This document shows, piece by piece, positions 31,274 to 38,883 of a stretch of 63,314 nt of DNA. The DNA is taken from positions 1 through 63,314 of the forward strand of contig JAWOBN010000098.1 in NCBI GenBank assembly GCA_046484245.1. Reading direction: 5' to 3'. The first letter of the stretch is position 1. Each line of letters opens with the position of its first letter. Made by a program: the position numbers and the translations under genes. Under the pieces are notes generated by a model that had not been told where the DNA came from, did not search any database, and was given only the letters and a program-made list of their open reading frames with translations. Source of the DNA: a bacterium. Its GTDB lineage: Bacteria > Hydrothermota > 32-111.

Positions 31274-32071
31274 TTAATATTCGTATCCGTATATGCCCGT
31301 CTCTCTGCTGCATATTCTTCTGAATGCATCCTTCTGTGCTTTATTCCACTTGTCATACTCCGGGAATGAATACGAGGCGGAAACATTCTTCGGTTTCTTA
31401 ACCTTATCCATCCATACTGCTTTGTCAATAGTATGGCCTGTTATCATGCTTATTGTGTCACTGAAATATTCATAATCCGTCAGCATATCCTCAAATCTCA
31501 CTGTTCTGTCCGCATATTTCCTTATATACTCATTCTCACTTCTCCAGTACCAGCATATGCGCTCAAACCTGTCCATCTCAGGCCATCTGTTATAATGGAT
31601 ATCACTTTTGTCCGGCCTGATGAATTTCGTAACCCCGTCATACCATTTCATTGTCTTGCGGTTCATCATGGACCTGACAACATCCCCGGGATCCCTGACA
31701 AGATGTAAAATTTTAGCATGCGGCATGAATTTCTTAAGTGAATGCGCATTGCGCCTCAATACGGAATTGACCTCTCCGTATGTATCTATATCCCTTCTGC
31801 TGTTCTTAAGATATATATAGGGCATACGCATGTATTTGATATAGTAATCAGAAACCCTTCTGCTCCTGAAGAATGCCTGATAGAACATATAATCCGGATA
31901 GAATTCATGTATGGATCCTATGGGCCGGGCAGTATCAATCAGTGATGCGAGGAATTTTGTCCCTGACCTGCCCATTGACAGAATGAAGAATAGATTCTTC
32001 TGATTGAACCATTCTTTCATTGCATTGCTATTAAGTATTATCATGTAGAATATATTAGCAAATATGCGCAA
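31274..32071 (-). CDS. sulfotransferase-family protein
   Basis: A PAPS 5'-phosphosulfate loop-like motif (LSMGRSGTKFL) and a 3'-phosphate motif (HLVRDPGDVVRS) are present. The likely true start is MKEWFNQ at 32020. It is the first gene of the operon. Confidence 0.7.
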   Translation of the reverse strand: MRIFANIFYMIILNSNAMKEWFNQKNLFFILSMGRSGTKFLASLIDTARPIGSIHEFYPDYMFYQAFFRSRRVSDYYIKYMRMPYIYLKNSRRDIDTYGEVNSVLRRNAHSLKKFMPHAKILHLVRDPGDVVRSMMNRKTMKWYDGVTKFIRPDKSDIHYNRWPEMDRFERICWYWRSENEYIRKYADRTVRFEDMLTDYEYFSDTISMITGHTIDKAVWMDKVKKPKNVSASYSFPEYDKWNKAQKDAFRRICSRETGIYGYEY

Positions 32072-32126
32072 TAAATCAATAGAAAGATAACCTGAATGTT
32101 AATCCCAATGAAAATGCCCATTTTGG

Positions 32127-32151
32127 GGTTCTTCTCCATTTTAGTTGGTGG
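32127..32151 (+). repeat. solo ISL3 terminal-inverted-repeat-like sequence
   Basis: GGTTCTTCTCCATTTTAGTTGGTGG matches the putative left end of the ISL3 element at 62550 (GGTTCTTCTCCAAAAGAGTTGGTAA) at 19 of the first 23 positions. No transposase lies next to it. Confidence 0.5.
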
Positions 32152-32442
32152 ATTTCCCTGGAAACGGCTGTTTAGCCTTTAATGCAAAGTATTGGATATA
32201 TCTGTAACCGTAAGCATCGCCATTTATGAATTTTTTATTTGTTGCTTGCGTCTTCTTGTTGTACTGGCGCCGACAAGGGGTTAACAATGATTTAAATATT
32301 TATTACAAAAGTGCTTTCAGCATATGCTGTATTATGGATGTCATATTTCAAGGATCTTGGATAGTTTTACTCTTCCGGACTATGCAATTTCTGAACATTA
32401 TACATCGTAAATCTAATTTCAACATCTGTACTTTTGCCCTTA

Positions 32443-32632
32443 TTTTGTCAAAACTACCCTCCAAATCCCAGGGACATCCCTTTATATCTGCAACTTCTAT
32501 GTTAAATTATCACTCAACTTATGATTCGCTGTTTTCTAATTAAAGTTATTGTATAACTTACAATTACTTAATTTTGTAAATTCTTGCAATTGTAAAGGGA
32601 TGTCCCTGGGAATTGGATGTAATTTTGATCAG
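32443..32632. mobile_element. palindromic MITE-like element (about 40-bp imperfect terminal inverted repeats)
   Basis: The left arm is TTTTGTCAAAACTACCCTCCAAATCCCAGGGACATCCCTTTA. The reverse complement of the right arm is CTGATCAAAATTACATCCAATTCCCAGGGACATCCCTTTA. The inner 19 bp (TCCCAGGGACATCCCTTTA) match perfectly and the inner 22 bp carry one mismatch. There is no coding capacity. Confidence 0.55.
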
Positions 32633-32695
32633 TTTATATATATATACTGTAAAATTATCAATACTCTTTTTTACAAAATACTATGTTTTTTTTCT

Positions 32696-32855
32696 AAGAC
32701 CGGGTGTTGATTCTGTTGCTTCATCTCATAAAACCCACATAAAGCCCGTAAATAACAATGTTTTGAAACTGAAGGATACAGAATGGTTATCTAAAGTAAT
32801 ATCTATACTTACGAATAACTCATTAGTTAAATCAACAAAAACAACACCCGGTCTT
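32696..32855. mobile_element. second MITE-like / long-hairpin element
   Basis: AAGACCGGGTGTTG at 32696 and its perfect complement CAACACCCGGTCTT ending at 32855. The arms extend to ~28 bp with 3 mismatches around a ~105-bp AT-rich core. Confidence 0.45.
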
Positions 32856-32953
32856 TGTAAGTGGTATTTACTCAGGGGTTTATGAATGTGTCTTGTTGAA
32901 TTGAAAACTGAAGGAGTTTCAGGCAGTAATTTGACAAAATGATAACAAGAAGT

Positions 32954-33127
32954 TCAAGTGAGCTCATTACCAATGCAACTGACTTGTATAGATGGATCTG
33001 CGTCTTTTTTTCTACACGGATTCTTCAATCTCTCTTTCAGTTTCTTTTTGAACTGCTGTTTTATTGAATTATCCAGGCTCTGCCATTCCTTCATAGCTTT
33101 TTCATCAAAATACAGCTCATAGGTCAC
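32954..33127 (-). pseudogene. RelE/StbE-family toxin remnant (truncated)
   Basis: A GTG start overlaps the antitoxin stop. (V)TYELYFDEKAMKEWQSLDNSIKQQFKKKLKERLKNP resembles the E. coli RelE N-terminus (AYFLDFDERALKEWRKLGSTVREQLKKKLVEVLESP). Similarity is then lost and the frame stops at codon 58, versus ~95 expected. A diverged repeat arm lies 13 nt after the stop. Confidence 0.45.
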
Positions 33128-33368
33128 TGATGCTTACCTTTAAGCTTTTGTTTCCTTCTTTCACCCTTGACTGCACCTCTTTACTTAGCCCATAGTCGTC
33201 CAATGCATCCATAATTCTTTCAAATAGTTTCCGCGGTACCAGATATGCACTCGGCTCATTATGATTCAGTATAACTGTCGGTTCATTTCCCGAGGATTCT
33301 ATGACTTTACTCGGACTTTTTTTCAATTCACTTATACTGACTGTTTGTTCCGCACGCAATCTATTCAT
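33117..33368 (-). CDS. Phd/YefM (StbD-like) antitoxin
   Basis: SISELKKSPSKVIESSGNEPTVILNHNEPSAYLVPRKLFERIMDALDD matches the StbD/YefM pattern. I prefer the ATG at 33368, which has GAGGTG 4 nt upstream. The ORF track uses the GTG at 33374. Confidence 0.8.
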   Translation of the reverse strand: MNRLRAEQTVSISELKKSPSKVIESSGNEPTVILNHNEPSAYLVPRKLFERIMDALDDYGLSKEVQSRVKEGNKSLKVSISDL

Positions 33369-33413
33369 TTTCACCTCTTTTTAGTATTATATTTTATACT
33401 AATATTTATACTA

Positions 33414-33441
33414 ATTATAATACTTTTTAATATCTTGTCAA
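33414..33441 (-). promoter_or_regulatory. consensus sigma70-type promoter of the antitoxin gene
   Basis: The minus strand reads TTGACA-16 nt-TATAAT. It is followed by direct repeats (TTAGTATAAATA / TTAGTATAAAATA) that could be the antitoxin operator. Confidence 0.5.
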
Positions 33442-33675
33442 GTGCTGCACGCTTTGCTACGGGAGGGTTGATAAGACCTCCCCTACAAACTTCCGCCTCT
33501 GCTTGTAATTCTATTCAGGGTTCAAATTGTTGAACCCCTACATACTTTCGTGATGCGTTTTTCGGTCTCTCATGGCCTCTCATCACAGAGCTGGTAGCTG
33601 GCAACCAGTGGCATACTCCTGTCTTACTACCCGTTCTATTCGCTCTAATTGGTCTACTCGTTCTGTATTTTATCG

Positions 33676-33711
33676 AATCACACGTGTCACACGTGACACA
33701 CGTATCACACG
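33676..33711. repeat. four tandem 9-bp units (NNTCACACG)
   Basis: The units are AATCACACG TGTCACACG TGACACACG TATCACACG. A homologous array lies at 55323-55358. Confidence 0.8.
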
Positions 33712-33719
33712 AGGACTTG

Positions 33720-33747
33720 GTCGCGATTATACGGAGAGGCCGGGATT
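33720..33747. repeat. perfect 28-bp duplicate of the tRNA-Ser 3' end plus trailer
   Basis: GTCGCGATTATACGGAGAGGCCGGGATT is identical to 33931-33958, which covers the last 16 nt of the tRNA and 12 nt downstream. Confidence 0.9.
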
Positions 33748-33942
33748 GGTTTAACAATACTCATTAAATTCGTATTATTATTCCGTCTCCTTGATTTGTT
33801 AATTGGGGGGATGCCGATAACCCTGCGGGTTCTGTGCTGCCGCACACGCTCGCTTTACTCGCTAAATCCCGGTCTCTCACTCGCTCTGCATTCAAACGTT
33901 GTACTTTGTACGTTGTACGTGAGCGACTCTGTCGCGATTATA

Positions 33943-34033
33943 CGGAGAGGCCGGGATTTGAACCCGGGGTAAGGATTAATTTCCCTACAACGGATTAGCA
34001 ATCCGCCGCCTTAAGCCACTCGGCCACCTCTCC
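33943..34033 (-). tRNA. tRNA-Ser (anticodon GCU)
   Basis: GGAGAGGTGGCCGAGTGGCTTAAGGCGGCGGATTGCTAATCCGT...GGGTTCAAATCCCGGCCTCTCCG. Hand folding gives a cloverleaf with a long variable arm and the anticodon loop TTGCTAA. CCA is not encoded. Confidence 0.9.
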
Positions 34034-34074
34034 ATGAGAAATCATTATATCTGTAAAGTGACAGATGTCAACTG

Positions 34075-35199
34075 TTATCCGAAAAATGACAGGAGTATTC
34101 CTGCTGCAATAGCAGACCCTATTACTCCTGCAACATTGGGGCCCATTGCATGCATAAGCAGATGATTGTCAGGATCATTCTGCTTACCGACCATCTGTGA
34201 TACCCTTGCTGCATTGGGGACAGCGGAAACACCTGCTGAACCTATAAGCGGGTTTATCTTCCTCTTGAGGAAAAGATTCATGAATTTTGCAAAAAGGACT
34301 CCTCCCACTGTCGCAACTGCAAAAGCAAGGACACCCAGGGCAAATATCTTTAAGGATTTTGTTGTCAAAAATATATCAGCTTGCGTCTTGGCTCCGACAG
34401 ATATGCCTATCAGTATTGTGCATATATCAATAAGTGATGTTGAAGCTGTTTTAGCCAGACGGTCTGTCACACCGGATTCCTTCAGGAGATTTCCGAAGAA
34501 GAGCATGCCAAGAAGCGGAATTGAACCGGGTGTTATGAATGCACAGATAAGAAATGCTATAATGGGGAATGCGATCTTCTCTATTTTTTTCACATTGCGG
34601 GGTTTGGGCATTCTGATAAGGCGTTCTTTCCTTGTGGTGAGCATATTCATTATGGGCGGCTGGATAACAGGAACCATTGCCATGTATGAATAAGCGGCAA
34701 TAGCAATGGGACCGAGTAATTTGGGAGCCAGTTTGGATGTGAGGAATATTGCAGTCGGTCCGTCCGCACCTCCGATTATTCCTATTGCACCGGATTCCGC
34801 GGGAGTGAAACCGAGATAGAATGCTCCTGCAAAAGTGGCGAATATGCCTATCTGGGCAGCTGCACCCAGGAGTACTGTCTTGGGATTGGTCAGCATTGTG
34901 GAGAAATCCGTCATTGCCCCAATCCCTAAAAATATCAGAGGCGGATAAAGTCCGTAAGCCACTCCCTGATAGATAATATTGAGGACACTGCCCTCCTCAT
35001 ATATGCCTATGTTCAAACCTGCTGCCTGCGGAATATTGCCTATAAGTATTCCGAATCCTATTGGAAGGAGCAGCAGCGGTTCATATTTCTTTTTGATTGC
35101 AAGTGTGATAAAGATAATGCCTACGGCAATCATTATCAGATACCGGTAATCAGCATTGTAAAAACCGGTGAAATGATAGAACTTGGTGAACATATCCAT
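34075..35199 (-). CDS. Na+-translocating decarboxylase beta subunit (OadB/MmdB/GcdB family)
   Basis: 374 aa, polytopic, with a Gly/Ala-rich membrane core typical of the family. Lies in an operon with the biotin carrier and carboxyltransferase. Confidence 0.9.
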   Translation of the reverse strand: MDMFTKFYHFTGFYNADYRYLIMIAVGIIFITLAIKKKYEPLLLLPIGFGILIGNIPQAAGLNIGIYEEGSVLNIIYQGVAYGLYPPLIFLGIGAMTDFSTMLTNPKTVLLGAAAQIGIFATFAGAFYLGFTPAESGAIGIIGGADGPTAIFLTSKLAPKLLGPIAIAAYSYMAMVPVIQPPIMNMLTTRKERLIRMPKPRNVKKIEKIAFPIIAFLICAFITPGSIPLLGMLFFGNLLKESGVTDRLAKTASTSLIDICTILIGISVGAKTQADIFLTTKSLKIFALGVLAFAVATVGGVLFAKFMNLFLKRKINPLIGSAGVSAVPNAARVSQMVGKQNDPDNHLLMHAMGPNVAGVIGSAIAAGILLSFFG

Positions 35200-35201
35200 T
35201 G

Positions 35202-35621
35202 CTAACTCCCTATTTCCATCAGAATATCACCTTCCTGTACAGAATCATCCCTTTTCACCTTTATGCTTTTAACAGTACCGCTGTAGGGTGACTGTATGGA
35301 ATTCTCCATTTTCATTGCTTCCATGATCAGTATGTCCTGCCCCTCACTCACTTCATCACCGACAGAAACCTTTACATCAAGAATAACACCCGGCAGTGGA
35401 GCCGGAACCCCTTTTATACCGGCGGGTTTTGTCTGAGTGCTTTTTTCAACAGTCTGCTTCCTGGCAGGCCTCTTCTTTTTCTTTACAGTACTGACTCCAA
35501 GCTGTTTGATATTAACATTGAAGTCCTTGCCATTCAGTTCAATCTCCGCAATATCCTTCTCAATACTTTTCACATTGACCTTATAGTCCTTGCCATTGAT
35601 CGTAAAGATATACTCAGCCAT
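35202..35621 (-). CDS. biotin carboxyl carrier subunit
   Basis: 139 aa with a biotinyl-lysine motif (EAMKMEN) in a C-terminal lipoyl-like domain and a P/K-rich linker. Confidence 0.85.
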   Translation of the reverse strand: MAEYIFTINGKDYKVNVKSIEKDIAEIELNGKDFNVNIKQLGVSTVKKKKRPARKQTVEKSTQTKPAGIKGVPAPLPGVILDVKVSVGDEVSEGQDILIMEAMKMENSIQSPYSGTVKSIKVKRDDSVQEGDILMEIGS

Positions 35622-35624
35622 AAA

Positions 35625-35969
35625 CTATCTCCTCTTATTGAGTAACATGGGGTTTTTATCAGGATAACTGAATGTCAGCTTATTCTCTCTTTCAGAATAA
35701 TAAAGGTCATACTCAATGGCAAGACCCAGAGATACTGCAAGGACCTCGTCATCATCCAGTTCAATATTCTTAAGCAATGCCTCATTGTAACTGTCATCAC
35801 TCTCTTCAACAGCATTTTGTTCCCTTGTTATGCCTGCATGGGAAATGAATTTTAGAAAGTTGATAAACAGATTGAGCACAATAAGTCCCGAGAACACTGT
35901 TATCATGCCTACTAAAACCATTGGGCCGGGATTGTAATTCGCAGTCTGCAGTACAGTGATAAATTCCAT
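35625..35969 (-). CDS. OadG/MmdD-like small membrane subunit
   Basis: 114 aa with a single N-terminal TM helix. It lies between the carboxyltransferase and biotin carrier genes, so the call rests on context. Confidence 0.55.
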   Translation of the reverse strand: MEFITVLQTANYNPGPMVLVGMITVFSGLIVLNLFINFLKFISHAGITREQNAVEESDDSYNEALLKNIELDDDEVLAVSLGLAIEYDLYYSERENKLTFSYPDKNPMLLNKRR

Positions 35970-35978
35970 AATTCCCTC

Positions 35979-37529
35979 TTATATCGGGATATTCCCGTGT
36001 TTTTTGTAAGGATTGCTGTCATTTTTGTTCTTCAATAATTCAAGGGATTTGATGATTTTGAAGCGCGTATATTTGGGTTCAATCACATCCTCTATATATC
36101 CCCTCAATGCTGCTGAATACGGATTGGCGAATTTCTCCCTGTATTCCTTTTCAAATTCCTCTTTCGCCTTTTCCTTATCATCAGCCTTCATGATCTCTTT
36201 TGCAAATATTATCTCCACAGCGCCCTTGGGTCCCATAACAGCTATCTCAGCTGTAGGCCATGCATAATTAATGTCTCCTCTTATATGCTTTGAAGACATA
36301 ACGCAGTATGCTCCCCCGTAGGCCTTTCTCAGTATTATTGTCACTTTGGGCACAGTTGCCTCGGCAAATGCATACAACAGTTTGGCTCCTGATTTGATTA
36401 TCCCGCCATGCTCCTGTTTTGTTCCAGGCAGAAAACCCGGCACATCCTCAAGAATAACAAGGGGTATATTGAATGCATCGCAGAAGCGCACAAACCGTGC
36501 ACCCTTCTCGGATGAATTGATATCCAGTGTTCCTGCAAGTGCTTTGGGCTGATTGGCAACTATCCCCACAGACCTGCCGTTGAATCTCGCAAAACCAATC
36601 ACCAGATTAGGTGCAAAATACGGCTGGACCTCCATGAAGTCATTGTTGTCCACCAGCAGATTGATAATATCCTTCACATCATACGGTTTATTGGGATCAT
36701 CAGGCACTATTCTGTTGAGCTCCGGTTCCACCCTGTCATATGGATCATCTGTCTCCACAACAGGAGGTTTCTCCTCATTGCTCAATGGCAGGAAACTCAT
36801 GAGACGCCTGACCTGTTCAAGCACCTCCTCGTCATTTTCATACATAAAATGAGACACACCTGATTTGGATGAATGCACGCCTGCCCCGCCAAGATCCTCG
36901 GTTGTAACTTCCTCATTGAGCACTGATTTCACAACCTTGGGTCCTGTAAGGAACATATAAGATGATTTCTTCACCATAAATACAAAATCAGTTATTGCAG
37001 GTGAATAGACAGCTCCGCCTGCACATGGACCCATGATAGCTGATATCTGAGGGATCACACCGGAATACATTACATTGCGGAGGAATATGTCGGCATAGCC
37101 TGCAAGTGATTCAATCCCCTCCTGTATTCTAGCACCACCCGAATCATTGAGACCTATGAGGGGCACCCTGTTCTTGGCAGCCATTTCCATGATCTTTACA
37201 ATCTTCTCTGAAAATGTCTCGGAGAGCGAACCGCCGAAAACAGTAAAATCCTGTGAGAAAACATAGACCGGCCTGCCGTCTATTGTACCGTATCCTGTAA
37301 CAACACCGTCACCGTAATACTTCTTCTTATCAATTCCGAAATTATTGCAGCGGTGCACGACAAGTGAATCAAATTCCTCAAATGAATTCTCATCAAGCAG
37401 TATGTCCAGTCTTTCCCGCGCAGTGAGTTTGCCCCTGCTGTGCTGCTTCTCAATCCTTGATTCACCGCCACCCTGCTGTGCCTTCTCCTTGAGTTTCTTT
37501 AATTTTAAGAGTTTCTTTTCTATACTCAA
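35979..37529 (-). CDS. acyl-CoA carboxyltransferase (methylmalonyl-CoA decarboxylase alpha / PccB family)
   Basis: 516 aa, two-domain crotonase-like carboxyltransferase ([36 protein letters not shown]). Confidence 0.9.
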   Translation of the reverse strand: MSIEKKLLKLKKLKEKAQQGGGESRIEKQHSRGKLTARERLDILLDENSFEEFDSLVVHRCNNFGIDKKKYYGDGVVTGYGTIDGRPVYVFSQDFTVFGGSLSETFSEKIVKIMEMAAKNRVPLIGLNDSGGARIQEGIESLAGYADIFLRNVMYSGVIPQISAIMGPCAGGAVYSPAITDFVFMVKKSSYMFLTGPKVVKSVLNEEVTTEDLGGAGVHSSKSGVSHFMYENDEEVLEQVRRLMSFLPLSNEEKPPVVETDDPYDRVEPELNRIVPDDPNKPYDVKDIINLLVDNNDFMEVQPYFAPNLVIGFARFNGRSVGIVANQPKALAGTLDINSSEKGARFVRFCDAFNIPLVILEDVPGFLPGTKQEHGGIIKSGAKLLYAFAEATVPKVTIILRKAYGGAYCVMSSKHIRGDINYAWPTAEIAVMGPKGAVEIIFAKEIMKADDKEKAKEEFEKEYREKFANPYSAALRGYIEDVIEPKYTRFKIIKSLELLKNKNDSNPYKKHGNIPI

Positions 37530-37585
37530 TCCTGTCTCCTTTTTAATTTATTGAAACAAAACAACAGTGAACAAACATATACCTG

Positions 37586-38815
37586 TCAGTTCTCCAATTC
37601 CCTCTCTATTGTATACAGCACAATATCAGGCGAGAATGATTCAGAGTAGTAGTCGGGTGTATATATATCATTATTCAAAATATAATCCTTTGCTTTCTTG
37701 AAATACTCTCTTGCAGTACTCTGCTTATTCATCTTCCCGTATATTCTTCCGAGATAGTAAAGCGCATATACAAAATTGGGTTTAAGGGCAACCGCCTTCT
37801 TTAGATAACCCAGTGCAAGTGAATAATCCATCTTACTGAAGAAATACGACCCGAGAATAAAATGCGTATCATGGTCTGCCAGTCCGCCCTGTTTGAGTGT
37901 TCTCCCCATATACTGGATATTGAGAAGGTCATCTGTCCTTGTATAAGTAAGAAGCAGGAGCTTGTATATGTCACTCTTCTCCTCACCCTTTCTCAGCAGA
38001 TTATGCAGTATGTTCTCCACTGCCTCATAGTCCTTATTCCTGAAATGTTCAAGTGCATCATTGAATTCTTTCCTCGCATTGTCCCCTTCACTATCCTTGA
38101 TAAAGTAAACAAACCTGTCGCTTGCCTTGAACCGCAGGCCTGAATGAATGAACCGGGACGTATTTTTTTCCGGCATGATTATAATACCATTATCATCAAG
38201 CATCTCATTCATACCCCTGATTACTGATTTCTTGGCATCATCCCTGTAATGCCTGAATGGTTCATTGAACAGAATCATGTTAAACACAGACGGTTTGAAT
38301 GGCATAGAGGCAATAGAACCACTGACAGGAAGATTATTCTGTTTAAATCTGTCATCAATACTGTAATGGCTCGTTTCATCATTGAATCTTTCAAGCTCTC
38401 TTACATTTGCCCTGATAAAATAGTCATGCTCCCATATACCCTTCCGGGATTTTACAAGCATCTCAACAGAGAGATTGAGATCAAAGAGTGTTACGGATTT
38501 GCCTGAAACTTTCTCTTCCATGAGATCCATCAGTATGAGAAGGGAATAATTGAACTGTCCCCTGTCATTGTTTATTGTGAGAATACTTATATCATTTCCG
38601 GGGAATTCACGGATTTTTTCAATAATAAACTGCTGATACTCCCTATTGTCAAAAAAGGGTCTACTTCTGGAGAGCAGACCCTCAATGATCTTTTCATCAG
38701 CATCATCCCTGTTTCTCCACTTATCAGCAAGAAATTCAATCTTTCTTTCAAGCACCGGAGAAATATCCAGAAGATAATCCTCACTCAATTTGGCAATTAA
38801 TATATTAGCATCCAT
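37586..38815 (-). CDS. CheR-like methyltransferase-fold protein with C-terminal TPR repeats (SAM-binding motif degenerate)
   Basis: 409 aa. The layout resembles CheR, but the position of the WSAGCSTGEE motif reads LTINNDRGQF. The C-terminal ~130 aa are TPR-like. Confidence 0.45.
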   Translation of the reverse strand: MDANILIAKLSEDYLLDISPVLERKIEFLADKWRNRDDADEKIIEGLLSRSRPFFDNREYQQFIIEKIREFPGNDISILTINNDRGQFNYSLLILMDLMEEKVSGKSVTLFDLNLSVEMLVKSRKGIWEHDYFIRANVRELERFNDETSHYSIDDRFKQNNLPVSGSIASMPFKPSVFNMILFNEPFRHYRDDAKKSVIRGMNEMLDDNGIIIMPEKNTSRFIHSGLRFKASDRFVYFIKDSEGDNARKEFNDALEHFRNKDYEAVENILHNLLRKGEEKSDIYKLLLLTYTRTDDLLNIQYMGRTLKQGGLADHDTHFILGSYFFSKMDYSLALGYLKKAVALKPNFVYALYYLGRIYGKMNKQSTAREYFKKAKDYILNNDIYTPDYYSESFSPDIVLYTIERELEN

Positions 38816-38883
38816 ATAAAATACAATAATTTATTATTTAATTAAATAAATTATCATATTTTACATTATAATTCAAGTGCTAT

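Noticed and set aside
32226-32885. Small plus-strand ORFs in the AT-rich junk region (105 aa at 32226-32543 and 90 aa at 32613-32885).
   Set aside because: They span repeat arms and palindromes, lack an RBS, and have low-complexity hydrophobic sequences with no recognisable motifs.
33676-33711. A possible CRISPR or mini-array.
   Set aside because: The units are 9 bp and contiguous with no spacers. No cas genes are present in the window.
33515-33757. An 80-aa minus-strand ORF with a Cys-rich repeat (CDTCVTCDTCDS). Its counterpart at 55306-55560 has CDSCVSCDACDS. Together they look like metal-binding or RiPP-like peptides.
   Set aside because: The Cys-x-x-Cys pattern is simply the translation of the 9-bp CACACG DNA repeats. 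There is no RBS, the ORFs run through tRNA-derived repeats and hairpins, and the two ORFs are not otherwise colinear.
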